A DNA stretch of 21,045 bases from an uncultured bacterium (lineage in GTDB: Bacteria; Calditrichota; Calditrichia; RBG-13-44-9; J075), in the NCBI GenBank assembly GCA_964015645.1, contig CAXHHS010000015.1:1-21045 (forward strand), read 5' to 3'. Positions 1-7,859 of this stretch are shown here, one piece after another (within the stretch, counting starts at the first letter, position 1; every line of letters starts with the position of its first letter). Below the pieces are notes generated by a model. It was not told the origin of the DNA, searched no databases, and saw nothing but the letters and a program-made list of their open reading frames with translations. A program made the position numbers and the translations under genes.

Positions 1-1166
1 ACGAAGCGGCAGCACAAACCTGGGCGTTGCCGCTGCACTTAAAATATTCCGATGGTAATTCGACGCAAACCAAAACGCTGCTTCTAAAAGAAGAATCGAA
101 AAGCATATCCCTGGGAGAAAATGTTAAATGGGTTATGCCGGACGCCGGTACCTACGGCTACTATCGCTGGAATATCCCAGCTGAAATGCTGCTTTTGTTA
201 GCGGAACAGCCGCAAGGCGCCCTTAGCGAGCGCGAGCAGGTAGCGTTCCTGGGAAATGCCACCGCGCTGCTGGACGCTGGTGTTATCAGCGGCGATACTT
301 ACCTCTCTATCCTCAGCGGGTTTGCCCGCTCTCCGGAGCCGGACATTGTTGCGAGTGTGGCTTCCAAACTTCTTAAAATTCGCGACGCCTTTATCCCGGA
401 TGATCTTCGTGATGCCTTTGCCTTCTATATTCGAACAACATTTCGACCGGCGCTAAACCGGGTTGGGCTGGAGAAAAAGGACGGAGAGCCGGCGGTTGTT
501 TCTGCGCTCCGGCCACAGCTAATCGGCTGGCTTGGCGATGAGGGCAATGATCGGGAGATACGTGAATTTGCGAAAACCAAAGCCCGGGAAATTCTGGCTA
601 ATCCCGCTGCGACAGATCCTTCGATGGCCGGTGTAATTTTGCGAATCGCCGCATTGGAAGGCGATGAAACGCTTTTCCAAACCTATAAATCCAATTTCGA
701 AACGGCAAAATCCCCGGTGCTGCGGGGTTTATTCCTGGGAGCGCTCGGTGCATTTTCCGATTCCAAATTACAAGATGCCGCCTTGGCCTATATTTTAGAA
801 GGCCCCTTACATCCGAACGAACTGTTTACGATTCCCCGCCGTATTGCCGATACAGCAGAAGGCCGCGACCGCAATTTTAACTGGTTACTTAAAAATTATG
901 ATGCAATTACTTCTCGCCTGCCTGCGGAGTACGCCGCTTTTATGCCATTCAGCGCCCGTGGTTGCTCTGCAGAACGACTGGAAAAAGCCCGTGAGTTTTT
1001 CTCCAATCCCGCCCACCAGGTACCGGGAACCATGAATACGTTGCAAAAAGTATCTGAATCCGTAATGGATTGTGTAAACCTGCGCCAGCGGGAAGGTACT
1101 GCTGTCGCTGCTTATTTGATAAAGCTAGCTGACAAACAAGAAAATGACACCCAGGGTAGTGAATAA
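1..1166 (+). CDS. M1-family zinc aminopeptidase (aminopeptidase N-like), C-terminal ERAP1-like helical domain only. The 5' part of the gene lies upstream of the window.
   Basis: The reading frame is open from nt 3 with no upstream stop, so the gene is truncated by the window edge. The translated segment (NVKWVMPDAGTYGYYRWNIPAEML...) resembles the all-helical C-terminal domain of PepN/ERAP1-type M1 peptidases. The HEXXH catalytic motif would lie upstream, outside the window. Confidence 0.55.
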   Translation, partial: EAAAQTWALPLHLKYSDGNSTQTKTLLLKEESKSISLGENVKWVMPDAGTYGYYRWNIPAEMLLLLAEQPQGALSEREQVAFLGNATALLDAGVISGDTYLSILSGFARSPEPDIVASVASKLLKIRDAFIPDDLRDAFAFYIRTTFRPALNRVGLEKKDGEPAVVSALRPQLIGWLGDEGNDREIREFAKTKAREILANPAATDPSMAGVILRIAALEGDETLFQTYKSNFETAKSPVLRGLFLGALGAFSDSKLQDAALAYILEGPLHPNELFTIPRRIADTAEGRDRNFNWLLKNYDAITSRLPAEYAAFMPFSARGCSAERLEKAREFFSNPAHQVPGTMNTLQKVSESVMDCVNLRQREGTAVAAYLIKLADKQENDTQGSE

Positions 1167-1379
1167 AAGCTCGGTTGTTCATTTCGGATTATCGATGGCT
1201 TCTCATCATAATAAAATAACCGCTTTTATTCTTATTCCTTGACACAGCTAAAGGATTAGCTTAGCTTGATTAACCTTTTTAGGAATTCCAGCCTGCTCAA
1301 GATTAATCTCTCACCAGTCTAGAATAACTCAAAAGTCAATTAATTTATATTTATATTTTTATTTAAAGGAGTAACAGTA

Positions 1380-1592
1380 ATGTCAGACCGAGTAAACGGA
1401 GTTGTAAAGTGGTTTAACGCCAGTAAAGGTTATGGTTTTATTTCAAACAGTGAAGGTGAAGATCTATTTGTTCATTTTAGCGCTATTCGTGAGGATGGTG
1501 GTTTTCGTTCCCTGGAAGAAGGGCAGAAAGTGGAATTTACGATTGGAGAAGGTGAGAAAGGTCCTCACGCTCAAGATGTAATCACACTGTAG
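1380..1592 (+). CDS. csp: Cold-shock protein, CspA family (single cold-shock domain, 70 aa)
   Basis: [21 protein letters not shown]...DLFVHFSAI: canonical RNP1 (KGYGFI) and RNP2 (VFVHF-like) motifs of the cold-shock domain. Strong RBS AAGGAG 7 nt upstream. A long AT-rich 5' leader (1167-1379) is typical of csp genes. Confidence 0.95.
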   Translation: MSDRVNGVVKWFNASKGYGFISNSEGEDLFVHFSAIREDGGFRSLEEGQKVEFTIGEGEKGPHAQDVITL

Positions 1593-1703
1593 TTTATAAA
1601 AATATCGGGTAGATCAAAAAGAGAGTAGGTCATGTATGATACCTCTTTTCATTAAAGTTCAAAAACCCAAAAGTTGAGTAAACCAATACCGGTTTAAACA
1701 GAA

Positions 1704-1736
1704 AAGGCGACACTCACTGGTGTCGCCTTTTTTATT
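1704..1736 (+). terminator. Rho-independent terminator downstream of csp
   Basis: GGCGACAC-tcactg-GTGTCGCC: perfect 8-bp GC-rich stem (1706-1713 / 1720-1727) followed by TTTTTTATT. Confidence 0.8.
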
Positions 1737-1766
1737 GGACTCTAAATAATTTGAAAGGGCAACAGA

Positions 1767-2057
1767 ATGAATATTTATATTGGAAATTTATCGCAAGAAG
1801 TTAAAGAGGAAGATTTACGTGAAGCCTTTTCGGCATTCGGAAGAGTGGAATCTGTTAATATAATTAAAGATAAGTTTACTGCCGTATCAAAGGGATTTGG
1901 TTTTGTAGAAATGGAGGCTAAATCGGAAGCTCAAGCAGCAATGAAGGAGTTAGATGGCAGCGAATTAAAAGGAAATAATATTGTTGTAAATGAAGCCCGC
2001 CCACGTTCTGATAAACGGAGAGGTGGAGGAAACAGAGGAGGGGGTGGGCGTTGGTAA
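1767..2057 (+). CDS. RRM-type (RNP-1/RNP-2) RNA-binding protein with a Gly/Arg-rich C-terminal tail
   Basis: MNIYIGNL (RNP-2-like) and KGFGFVEM (RNP-1) motifs. C-terminus RRGGGNRGGGGRW. Typical bacterial Rbp-type glycine-rich RNA-binding protein. Confidence 0.9.
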   Translation: MNIYIGNLSQEVKEEDLREAFSAFGRVESVNIIKDKFTAVSKGFGFVEMEAKSEAQAAMKELDGSELKGNNIVVNEARPRSDKRRGGGNRGGGGRW

Positions 2058-2092
2058 TGATTTTTCCTTATTACCTGTAAAGAGAAAACGCC

Positions 2093-2425
2093 ATGAAAAT
2101 TAAAATTAACGGCATTTGGGCAACTAAGGAGGTATTCCTTGATGGTAAGCTGCTAACCCCCGGGGAAAGCCTTAAAATACATCATCATAGTCAGAGGTTT
2201 TCCTGGGGGAATAAAGGGCCCGCGTCAGAGCAATTGGCATTAGCGATACTTCTTGAGTGCACTCCGAAAGAAATAGCAATTTCTATGTACCAGGATTTTC
2301 AATCGCATATTATAGCGCAGCTTCCGAAGGCGGATTTTAACATCAATTTGAATGTAAATAAGACAGATAACATAGCTGAATTAATGAACGGAAAACTGCC
2401 CAATAATATGGATATCGGGTGGTAA
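2093..2425 (+). CDS. Hypothetical protein (110 aa)
   Basis: Clean ORF with no recognisable motif. Codon usage is consistent with its neighbours. Confidence 0.4.
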   Translation: MKIKINGIWATKEVFLDGKLLTPGESLKIHHHSQRFSWGNKGPASEQLALAILLECTPKEIAISMYQDFQSHIIAQLPKADFNINLNVNKTDNIAELMNGKLPNNMDIGW

Positions 2426-2509
2426 AATTTTATCCATGCCATAATTTACAGCTTTGAAAGTATCTGGATTATCCAAAAAAGTTATATAATGTGAGCCTAA
2501 GTATAAACA

Positions 2510-2776
2510 ATGAATTGGATCAACCGGGTAAAACTATTAAAAAATCGGCTCTTTGATCCAGCTGTAAAAAGATCGGTTGTGATTGAGGCGCTGATTGCTG
2601 AAGAGACAGTAAAAACCATACTGGTAAATTATAAAGATCAAACCGTATGGCTGCAAAAATCGTTAGTAATGTTTAACCAGCATGAAAAAAATAAGGCTAC
2701 TATCACAATTCCTTTCTGGTTATTTGCTCGCAAATTCCCTAAGCTAACCAATAAATCTGTAAAAAATAGTAAGTAA
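2510..2776 (+). CDS. Hypothetical protein (88 aa)
   Basis: ORF only. A TATAAT hexamer sits at 2485-2490 upstream. No recognisable domain. Confidence 0.3.
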   Translation: MNWINRVKLLKNRLFDPAVKRSVVIEALIAEETVKTILVNYKDQTVWLQKSLVMFNQHEKNKATITIPFWLFARKFPKLTNKSVKNSK

Positions 2777-2814
2777 TATATTTCATAGAATATTCTTCTT
2801 TAGAATGAGGAGAA

Positions 2815-3051
2815 GTGATGAAAGAATTCATAGAGCATATTGTTAAACAATTAGTAGATAAACCGGGTGATGTTCAAATAGCGGAAGTAAAAGGCGAACG
2901 TGTAACAGTGTATGAATTACGTGTGGGAACAGGTGATATCGGAAAAGTGATCGGTAAAAGAGGTCAAACGGCAGCCGCTATTCGTTTTCTTTTAAACGCA
3001 GCATCCGCAGCAAAAAATGGAAGGCGCAGCATCCTCGAAATTCTTGAGTAA
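2815..3051 (+). CDS. KH-domain RNA-binding protein (UPF0109 / YlqC-like), paralog 1
   Basis: 78 aa with VIGKRGQTAAAIRFLL: the GXXG loop (GKRG) of a type-II KH domain. Same architecture as the second copy at 9030-9389. RBS GAGGAG upstream. Confidence 0.85.
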   Translation: MMKEFIEHIVKQLVDKPGDVQIAEVKGERVTVYELRVGTGDIGKVIGKRGQTAAAIRFLLNAASAAKNGRRSILEILE

Positions 3052-3082
3052 ACAGGAAAAAATCTTAATGAGGTAAACAAGA

Positions 3083-4564
3083 ATGCCAAAATTAGGACAA
3101 GTCCTAGTTCAAACCCAATCACAAATTTTAAAACCGCAGCAAATTCTTGTTTCCAGCCTGTTGCAGCTCCCAATGTTATTGCTGGAGCAAAAAATACAAA
3201 TGGAGTTACAGCTAAACCCGGTTTTAGAAGAAACAGAAGAATGGGAAGACACACAAGAGGATGAAGAGGAAATAGACGAAGAGGAGACGGAGAAGGAACA
3301 GATTCAGGATGAATTCGAAACGCTGGAAGAAAACAATAAAAGTGAAGAAGACAAATTAAATGATGAGAGCCAGGAAGAAGTGAATCTTGAGGAGCTTTTG
3401 CCTAATGATGATGAAGACTTGCCGGAACCTCGTCTGCCGGTAGATCGTAGTGAAGAAAAACCCGACTTGCCGGAACCCAATCTAGTTACTATGTCAGAAC
3501 ACTTGCTTGATCAATTGCAACTGCTAAATTTACAAGATATAGAATTTCGCATTGGCAAATATATTATTTACAGCTTGCGGGATGATGGTTACCTGGATTT
3601 TGAAATAACCGCAGAATCAATCGCGCAGGTTTTTGAAACCTCTCCGGAAAAAGTAGAGCGAGTTTTAAAGTTCATTCAAAAACTTAACCCTCCCGGCATT
3701 GCCGCCCGAAATTTGCAAGAATGTTTGATTATTCAATTAGAATCCAAACACGAAGATGAGAAACATATTATTCCATTACTTATTCTGAAAGAATGTTACC
3801 AGGATTTTGTTAACCACCATTTTGAAAAAGTCGGCAAACGGCTTGAAATCCCTCTTGATCATGTTAAAGATGCCCTGGCAGTCATTAGTAAGTTAAATCC
3901 AAAGCCCGGTGAAGGTTACTCCGACGCCAAACGAAACTACATTATCCCCGATTTTTATGTGGAAAAAATAGATGATGAACTGGTTATATCTCTCAATGCT
4001 TATAAAACTCCTGGCCTGAGAATCAGCCATTACTACAAAAAGATGATCCGGCAGCCCAAAAAACTGGATTATGAGACCCGAAAATTTTTAAGAGACAAAG
4101 TGAATTCAGCGAAATGGTTTATAACAGCCATTCAACAGCGCCAGGTAACGATGCAGAGAACCATGGAAGCGATCGTCGACAAACAACGAGGTTTTTTTGA
4201 AAATGGCCCGGAGCACATCAAACCGATGATTATGAAAGATATTGCCGAAGAGATCGAAATGGATATTTCCACCATTAGCCGGGTTTGCAAGGGTAAATAT
4301 GTCGATATGGATTATGGTGTATTTGAATTAAAGCATTTTTTTAACGAAGGTATGGAAACCGACAACGGTGAGACATTAAGCACCTTGAGAATTAAAGAAC
4401 ACCTCAAAGAAATTATCGCCACGGAAAATCCTTGCAAACCCTACAGCGATGAAAGGCTCGCTCAAATGTTAAATAAAGAAAGTATACCAATTGCGAGACG
4501 TACCGTCGCAAAATATCGAGAGTTCTTAGATATACCGATTGCTCGATTAAGACGGAATATTTAA
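3083..4564 (+). CDS. rpoN: RNA polymerase sigma-54 factor
   Basis: C-terminal RpoN box [10 protein letters not shown]. Gln/Leu-rich N-terminal region I ([31 protein letters not shown]). A long acidic region II. HTH region [12 protein letters not shown]. Confidence 0.95.
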   Translation: MPKLGQVLVQTQSQILKPQQILVSSLLQLPMLLLEQKIQMELQLNPVLEETEEWEDTQEDEEEIDEEETEKEQIQDEFETLEENNKSEEDKLNDESQEEVNLEELLPNDDEDLPEPRLPVDRSEEKPDLPEPNLVTMSEHLLDQLQLLNLQDIEFRIGKYIIYSLRDDGYLDFEITAESIAQVFETSPEKVERVLKFIQKLNPPGIAARNLQECLIIQLESKHEDEKHIIPLLILKECYQDFVNHHFEKVGKRLEIPLDHVKDALAVISKLNPKPGEGYSDAKRNYIIPDFYVEKIDDELVISLNAYKTPGLRISHYYKKMIRQPKKLDYETRKFLRDKVNSAKWFITAIQQRQVTMQRTMEAIVDKQRGFFENGPEHIKPMIMKDIAEEIEMDISTISRVCKGKYVDMDYGVFELKHFFNEGMETDNGETLSTLRIKEHLKEIIATENPCKPYSDERLAQMLNKESIPIARRTVAKYREFLDIPIARLRRNI

Positions 4565-4586
4565 CAATATTTGGAGGTTCAAAATA

Positions 4587-5435
4587 GTGATCAGAAGTTT
4601 TGACAACCGCGCAAACCAATCTTTAGAAAAATACCTTCAAGAAATTGGAGAAGTTCCCCTATTAACCCCGGAAGAAGAAATTAAACTGGCACAGCGAATC
4701 AAACAGGGCGATCAGCAGGCATTGCATAAATTAATCGAGTCGAATCTTCTTTTTGTGGTAAGTGTGGCGAAAGTGTATCAAAACAAAGGACTTTCTTTCG
4801 GAGATTTAATTAATGAAGGCAACCTGGGATTGATGAAGGCTGCAAAGCGGTTCGACGAAACCCGGGGATTCAAATTTATTTCTTATGCCGTTTGGTGGAT
4901 TCGCCAGGGAATTTTGCAGGCGTTGGCGGACCATCCGCGAGTCGTACGCCTCCCACTGAATCGCGTGGGCGCACTTTATAAGATTGGAAAAGCCTACTCT
5001 TCGCTGGAACAAGAGATTGAACGAGAGCCAACCGCCAGCGAAATTGCGGAGCAACTGGATATGAAAGATACTGAAGTAACGGATACCTTGCGAGTTTCCG
5101 GGCGGCATGTATCTGTGGATGCTCCTTTTAGTAGCCGCGAAGATAGCCGTTTGCTTGATGTTATTGAAAATAATCATCAACCACCGCCGGATTCGGAATT
5201 AGTCAATGATTCCTTAAGAGTTGAAATAGAACGTGCGCTCATAACGTTAACAAAGCGCGAAGCAGAGATAGTACGGATGTATTATGGCCTGGGATATGAG
5301 AGTTCCCAGACGTTAGAGGAAATCGGTGATCGCTTTAATTTAACCCGGGAACGGATACGGCAAATTAAAGAGAAAGCGCTTCGGCGATTGCGCCATGCGT
5401 CCCGCAGCAGAGCTTTACGCGCATTTTTAGATTGA
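4587..5435 (+). CDS. Sigma-70 family sigma factor, RpoD/RpoS-like (regions 1.2 to 4.2, 282 aa). GTG start.
   Basis: Region 2 [59 protein letters not shown] closely matches RpoD/RpoS region 2.1-2.4. Region 4.2 [36 protein letters not shown] precedes the GTG. The gene starts 23 nt after the rpoN stop. Confidence 0.85.
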   Translation: MIRSFDNRANQSLEKYLQEIGEVPLLTPEEEIKLAQRIKQGDQQALHKLIESNLLFVVSVAKVYQNKGLSFGDLINEGNLGLMKAAKRFDETRGFKFISYAVWWIRQGILQALADHPRVVRLPLNRVGALYKIGKAYSSLEQEIEREPTASEIAEQLDMKDTEVTDTLRVSGRHVSVDAPFSSREDSRLLDVIENNHQPPPDSELVNDSLRVEIERALITLTKREAEIVRMYYGLGYESSQTLEEIGDRFNLTRERIRQIKEKALRRLRHASRSRALRAFLD

Positions 5436-5477
5436 TTTGCAAAAATGCGGAGCCGCTTTGTTCCGAGGTAACCTTAT

Positions 5478-6134
5478 ATGAAACAGCCTATTCACGTATT
5501 TATTGTTGACGACAATCGTTTGCTCCGTGAGGGTCTGGTTTCCATGCTGGCAGAGCAAGAAGATCTCATGGTCGTCGGCGCGGCGGCAAGTGGACGCAAG
5601 GCTTTGGAGCAAATCCGGGAGTTACGCCCGGAGGTGGCGCTTATAGACATTGGCATGCCGGAGAAGGGTGGGATTGAAGTAACCCAGGCCTTGCACCAGG
5701 ATATGCCGGAGGTCAAAGTGATTATCCTCGGTATGCCTGACTTGACAGATGAGATCATGGCCTGTATTGAGGCCGGGGCTGCCGGATACGTGCTAAAAGA
5801 AGCCTCATTCGATTATCTCGTTGAAACGATTCGATCGGCGAATCGCGGTGAATCATTCTGCTCTCCCCGCATGGCAGCTTCGTTGTTTTCCCGTGTCGCA
5901 GAGTTAGCAGGAGATCGAATACCACAAAGTTCCGTCAAACTGACACCGCGCGAGGTGGAAATTATTAACAAGATTGCCGAAGGGTTGTCTAACAAGGAAA
6001 TTGCCCAACGGCTCTCCATCGAAGTGCAAACGGTAAAAAATCACATCCATAATATTCTTGACAAGCTGCAATTGCATAACCGCCTGGAAGCGGTACAATA
6101 TGCCCGTGAAAGAAACCTGCTGAGAAAGAAATAA
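5478..6134 (+). CDS. Two-component response regulator, NarL/FixJ (LuxR-type HTH) family
   Basis: Receiver domain with acidic pocket VFIVDDN, phospho-acceptor LIDIGMP and a conserved Lys (YVLKE). C-terminal LuxR HTH (LTPREVEIINKIAEGLSNKEIAQRLSIEVQTVKNHIHNILDKL). Confidence 0.9.
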   Translation: MKQPIHVFIVDDNRLLREGLVSMLAEQEDLMVVGAAASGRKALEQIRELRPEVALIDIGMPEKGGIEVTQALHQDMPEVKVIILGMPDLTDEIMACIEAGAAGYVLKEASFDYLVETIRSANRGESFCSPRMAASLFSRVAELAGDRIPQSSVKLTPREVEIINKIAEGLSNKEIAQRLSIEVQTVKNHIHNILDKLQLHNRLEAVQYARERNLLRKK

Positions 6135-6184
6135 TAGCAGTACTAGTACTTCACCCTCCTAAAACCTCATGAATGACCATCTCC

Positions 6185-6271
6185 GGAGTAGTCCTTCCCG
6201 TAGACCATAATTGAACCTTCCGGTCTATTGTGTCGCCGTTCTAATTTGCTCATATTAAAATGGTTCACTCC
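6185..6271 (+). repeat. Direct repeat, copy A (~87 bp). About 90% identical to copy B at 6665-6751.
   Basis: ggagtagtccttcccgTAGACCataattgaaccttccGGTCTAttgtgtcgccgttctaatttgctcatattaaaatggttcactcc. Contains an internal 6-bp inverted repeat TAGACC...GGTCTA. Confidence 0.8.
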
Positions 6272-6434
6272 AGAAATGGACGCACGGTTAAGTGCGAGGT
6301 TCCAAAAGCTTATTTCAAGGGAAGGACTTATGATGATGGGGATGGGCCTCACATTTTAGAATTTGCTTTATCAGTTTTTGCCCTAATTAAATAAGCTAAT
6401 TGTAAAATTAATATGAGGCTTCAAGGAGGAGCCA

Positions 6435-6671
6435 TTGATGTGCAAGAAACCACTATCGAAGAAGTTGTTAGAGAGTAATCCGTCGTTGATTCGAAACTAC
6501 CAGGGAGTGCATCCCAACCGATTAACATTTGTTGAATTCACAGACACTTTGTCTCACTTGAGACGATTATTGGAAATTGCTCAAACTTCTCCCAAAATTC
6601 ATGGGGACCATATCCAGCCGTTAGAATCAACAATACGAAAATTTCAAAAGTTTACACCCCAAAAGGAGTAG
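6435..6671 (+). CDS. Hypothetical small protein (78 aa) located between the two direct repeats
   Basis: Good RBS (AAGGAGGAG, 6 nt spacer) before the ATG. No recognisable motif. The stop codon TAG lies inside repeat copy B. Confidence 0.35.
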   Translation: MMCKKPLSKKLLESNPSLIRNYQGVHPNRLTFVEFTDTLSHLRRLLEIAQTSPKIHGDHIQPLESTIRKFQKFTPQKE

Positions 6672-6751
6672 TCCTTTCCATAGACCATAATTGAACCTTC
6701 AGGTCTATTGTGTCGCTGTTCTAAATTGCTCATGATAAAAGGGTTCACTTG
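6665..6751 (+). repeat. Direct repeat, copy B (~87 bp)
   Basis: ggagtagtcctttccaTAGACCataattgaaccttcaGGTCTAttgtgtcgctgttctaaattgctcatgataaaagggttcact. About 8 mismatches versus copy A. The copies are 480 bp apart. Confidence 0.8.
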
Positions 6752-6877
6752 AATAGCAATTGAACTCACCATGGGAACGATTTTGCCCGGTTATTATCAT
6801 CGCTCCGAAACCGGTAATGGCGGAATTTAGGGAACATGGCGTGCAGACGCTTGTTCAGGAGAAAAGGCGACAAGTTT

Positions 6878-7234
6878 ATGAAAAAAATCAAAATATTGTT
6901 ATCGAGCCGGCCAAAGTTGTTGTCAGAAGTGATTAGAAATTTGATTGAGCATCAGCCGGATATGGAGGTGGTGGGTGAAGTGATTGACCCTATCCAACTT
7001 CTGGGAGCCGCCAGGGCGATGGCCGTGGATGTGGCCATTGTCACCCCACTGGAATCGAACGGGGAACCCAAAATATGCCGTCATTTGCTCGCAGAGTATC
7101 CATCTCTAAAAATCATAACGCTCTCGAAAAAAGGCGAAGCCGCTTACTTGTACCAATCGGGGGTTCCCAGGCTGCCTATCGATGAACCCTCCTCACAATC
7201 AGTACTTGGTACTATCCGGGAGGCCCTGGGATAA
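6878..7234 (+). CDS. Receiver-like (pseudo-receiver) domain protein, stand-alone, lacking the phospho-acceptor residues
   Basis: MKKIKILLSSRPKLL...MEVVGEVIDPIQLL...VDVAIVTPLE aligns to the CheY-like fold of the neighbouring regulator. The acidic pocket DD is replaced by SS. The phospho-acceptor Asp position (LIDIGMP in the neighbour) reads AIVTPLE. The ORF track starts at 6836, but the ATG at 6878 directly preceding MKKIKIL is the more likely start. Confidence 0.55.
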   Translation: MKKIKILLSSRPKLLSEVIRNLIEHQPDMEVVGEVIDPIQLLGAARAMAVDVAIVTPLESNGEPKICRHLLAEYPSLKIITLSKKGEAAYLYQSGVPRLPIDEPSSQSVLGTIREALG

Positions 7235-7413
7235 GTCGCTGAATATCTTGGAAGTAAATGATGGTATTAAAAAGACTAATAAGTAGGTGGACATATCTAT
7301 TTCTTAATGAAAGTTTATTGTTTTTTAAGAGCTTAGAGAAAATTAAATATCAAAATATTTTAGAACACTTACTTAAGATAAATTTTCGCTTACTAAACGA
7401 AAGGGATTATAAA

Positions 7414-7539
7414 ATGGGCGACAAAGGCAAGAAAGACCGGGAAAAGAGCCGCAAGCAAAAATCAAAAAAGAAGAATGACAAAGCGAATAAAGCTAAAAAG
7501 AAACAGGAAAAAAATCCTAAAGATACCCTGGGAGGATAA
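7414..7539 (+). CDS. Small, highly basic Lys-rich protein (41 aa)
   Basis: MGDKGKKDREKSRKQKSKKKNDKANKAKKKQEKNPKDTLGG. RBS AAGGGA upstream. The 5' part of the annotated 93-aa ORF (7258-7413) is AT-rich, low-complexity and probably non-coding. Could be a nucleic-acid-binding micro-protein. Confidence 0.3.
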   Translation: MGDKGKKDREKSRKQKSKKKNDKANKAKKKQEKNPKDTLGG

Positions 7540-7722
7540 AAAAAGACCTCAACCGGTATAAAATTTTAGTCATCGCCGCTTCCCGGAAGGCCGCTCAATT
7601 TACCGATCAAATAAATACGGTAGTGACAATGAAATACACTAGTTTTGGGTGTGAGTTTAGGTTATGGACCTAATCACAAGCATTAAGTTGAATCGCTAAA
7701 TCCTGAAGAATAGGAAAAAACA

Positions 7723-7851
7723 ATGAGTATAATAATTATCTTTACCATATCAGCCATCCTGGCCACTATTTACATTTTTTCGTTAGTTCGTGGTGAAACG
7801 CAACGTCAGAAATCGCAGCAAAAAACCAGATTACGCAACAGAAAACATTAA
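7723..7851 (+). CDS. Candidate micro-ORF (42 aa): one hydrophobic helix plus a basic tail, ending 9 bp before the desaturase start
   Basis: MSIIIIFTISAILATIYIFSLVRGETQRQKSQQKTRLRNRKH. RBS AGGA upstream. Absent from the ORF track because it is under 60 aa. Confidence 0.25.
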   Translation: MSIIIIFTISAILATIYIFSLVRGETQRQKSQQKTRLRNRKH

Positions 7852-7859
7852 GGAAGGAT

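Noticed and set aside
1240-1275. TTGACA -35 hexamer at 1240-1245 upstream of csp
   Set aside because: The -10 candidate 17 nt downstream (TAGCTT) is weak. It is plausible as the csp promoter with a long leader but not supportable from sequence alone.
2453-2491. Sigma-70 promoter (TTGAAA ... TATAAT) upstream of the 88-aa hypothetical
   Set aside because: A TATAAT hexamer is present at 2485-2490, but the best -35-like hexamer is 25 nt away, outside the 16-19 nt spacing range. Left uncalled.
6205-6245. Possible sigma-54 (-24 GG / -12 GC) promoter inside the direct repeats (cGGtctattgtgtcGCc)
   Set aside because: GG-to-GC spacing is 11 nt, not the required 10. The flanking bases do not match TGGCAC/TTGCW. 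A sigma-70-like TTGTGT-17-CATATT reading fits better.
6167-6352. Minus-strand 61-aa ORF overlapping direct-repeat copy A
   Set aside because: It is encoded largely by the repeat. The equivalent frame in copy B is not open, so the ORF is not conserved between copies and is probably fortuitous.
6185-6751. CRISPR array
   Set aside because: Only two repeat copies, 87 bp long, 480 bp apart, with about 10% divergence. Not CRISPR-like (CRISPR repeats are 24-48 bp, at least 3 identical copies, regularly spaced). No cas genes.
7258-7413. N-terminal 52 codons of the 93-aa ORF 7258-7539
   Set aside because: AT-rich, Leu/Phe/Asn/Lys low-complexity translation with no RBS. The internal ATG at 7414 with an RBS is the more credible start.
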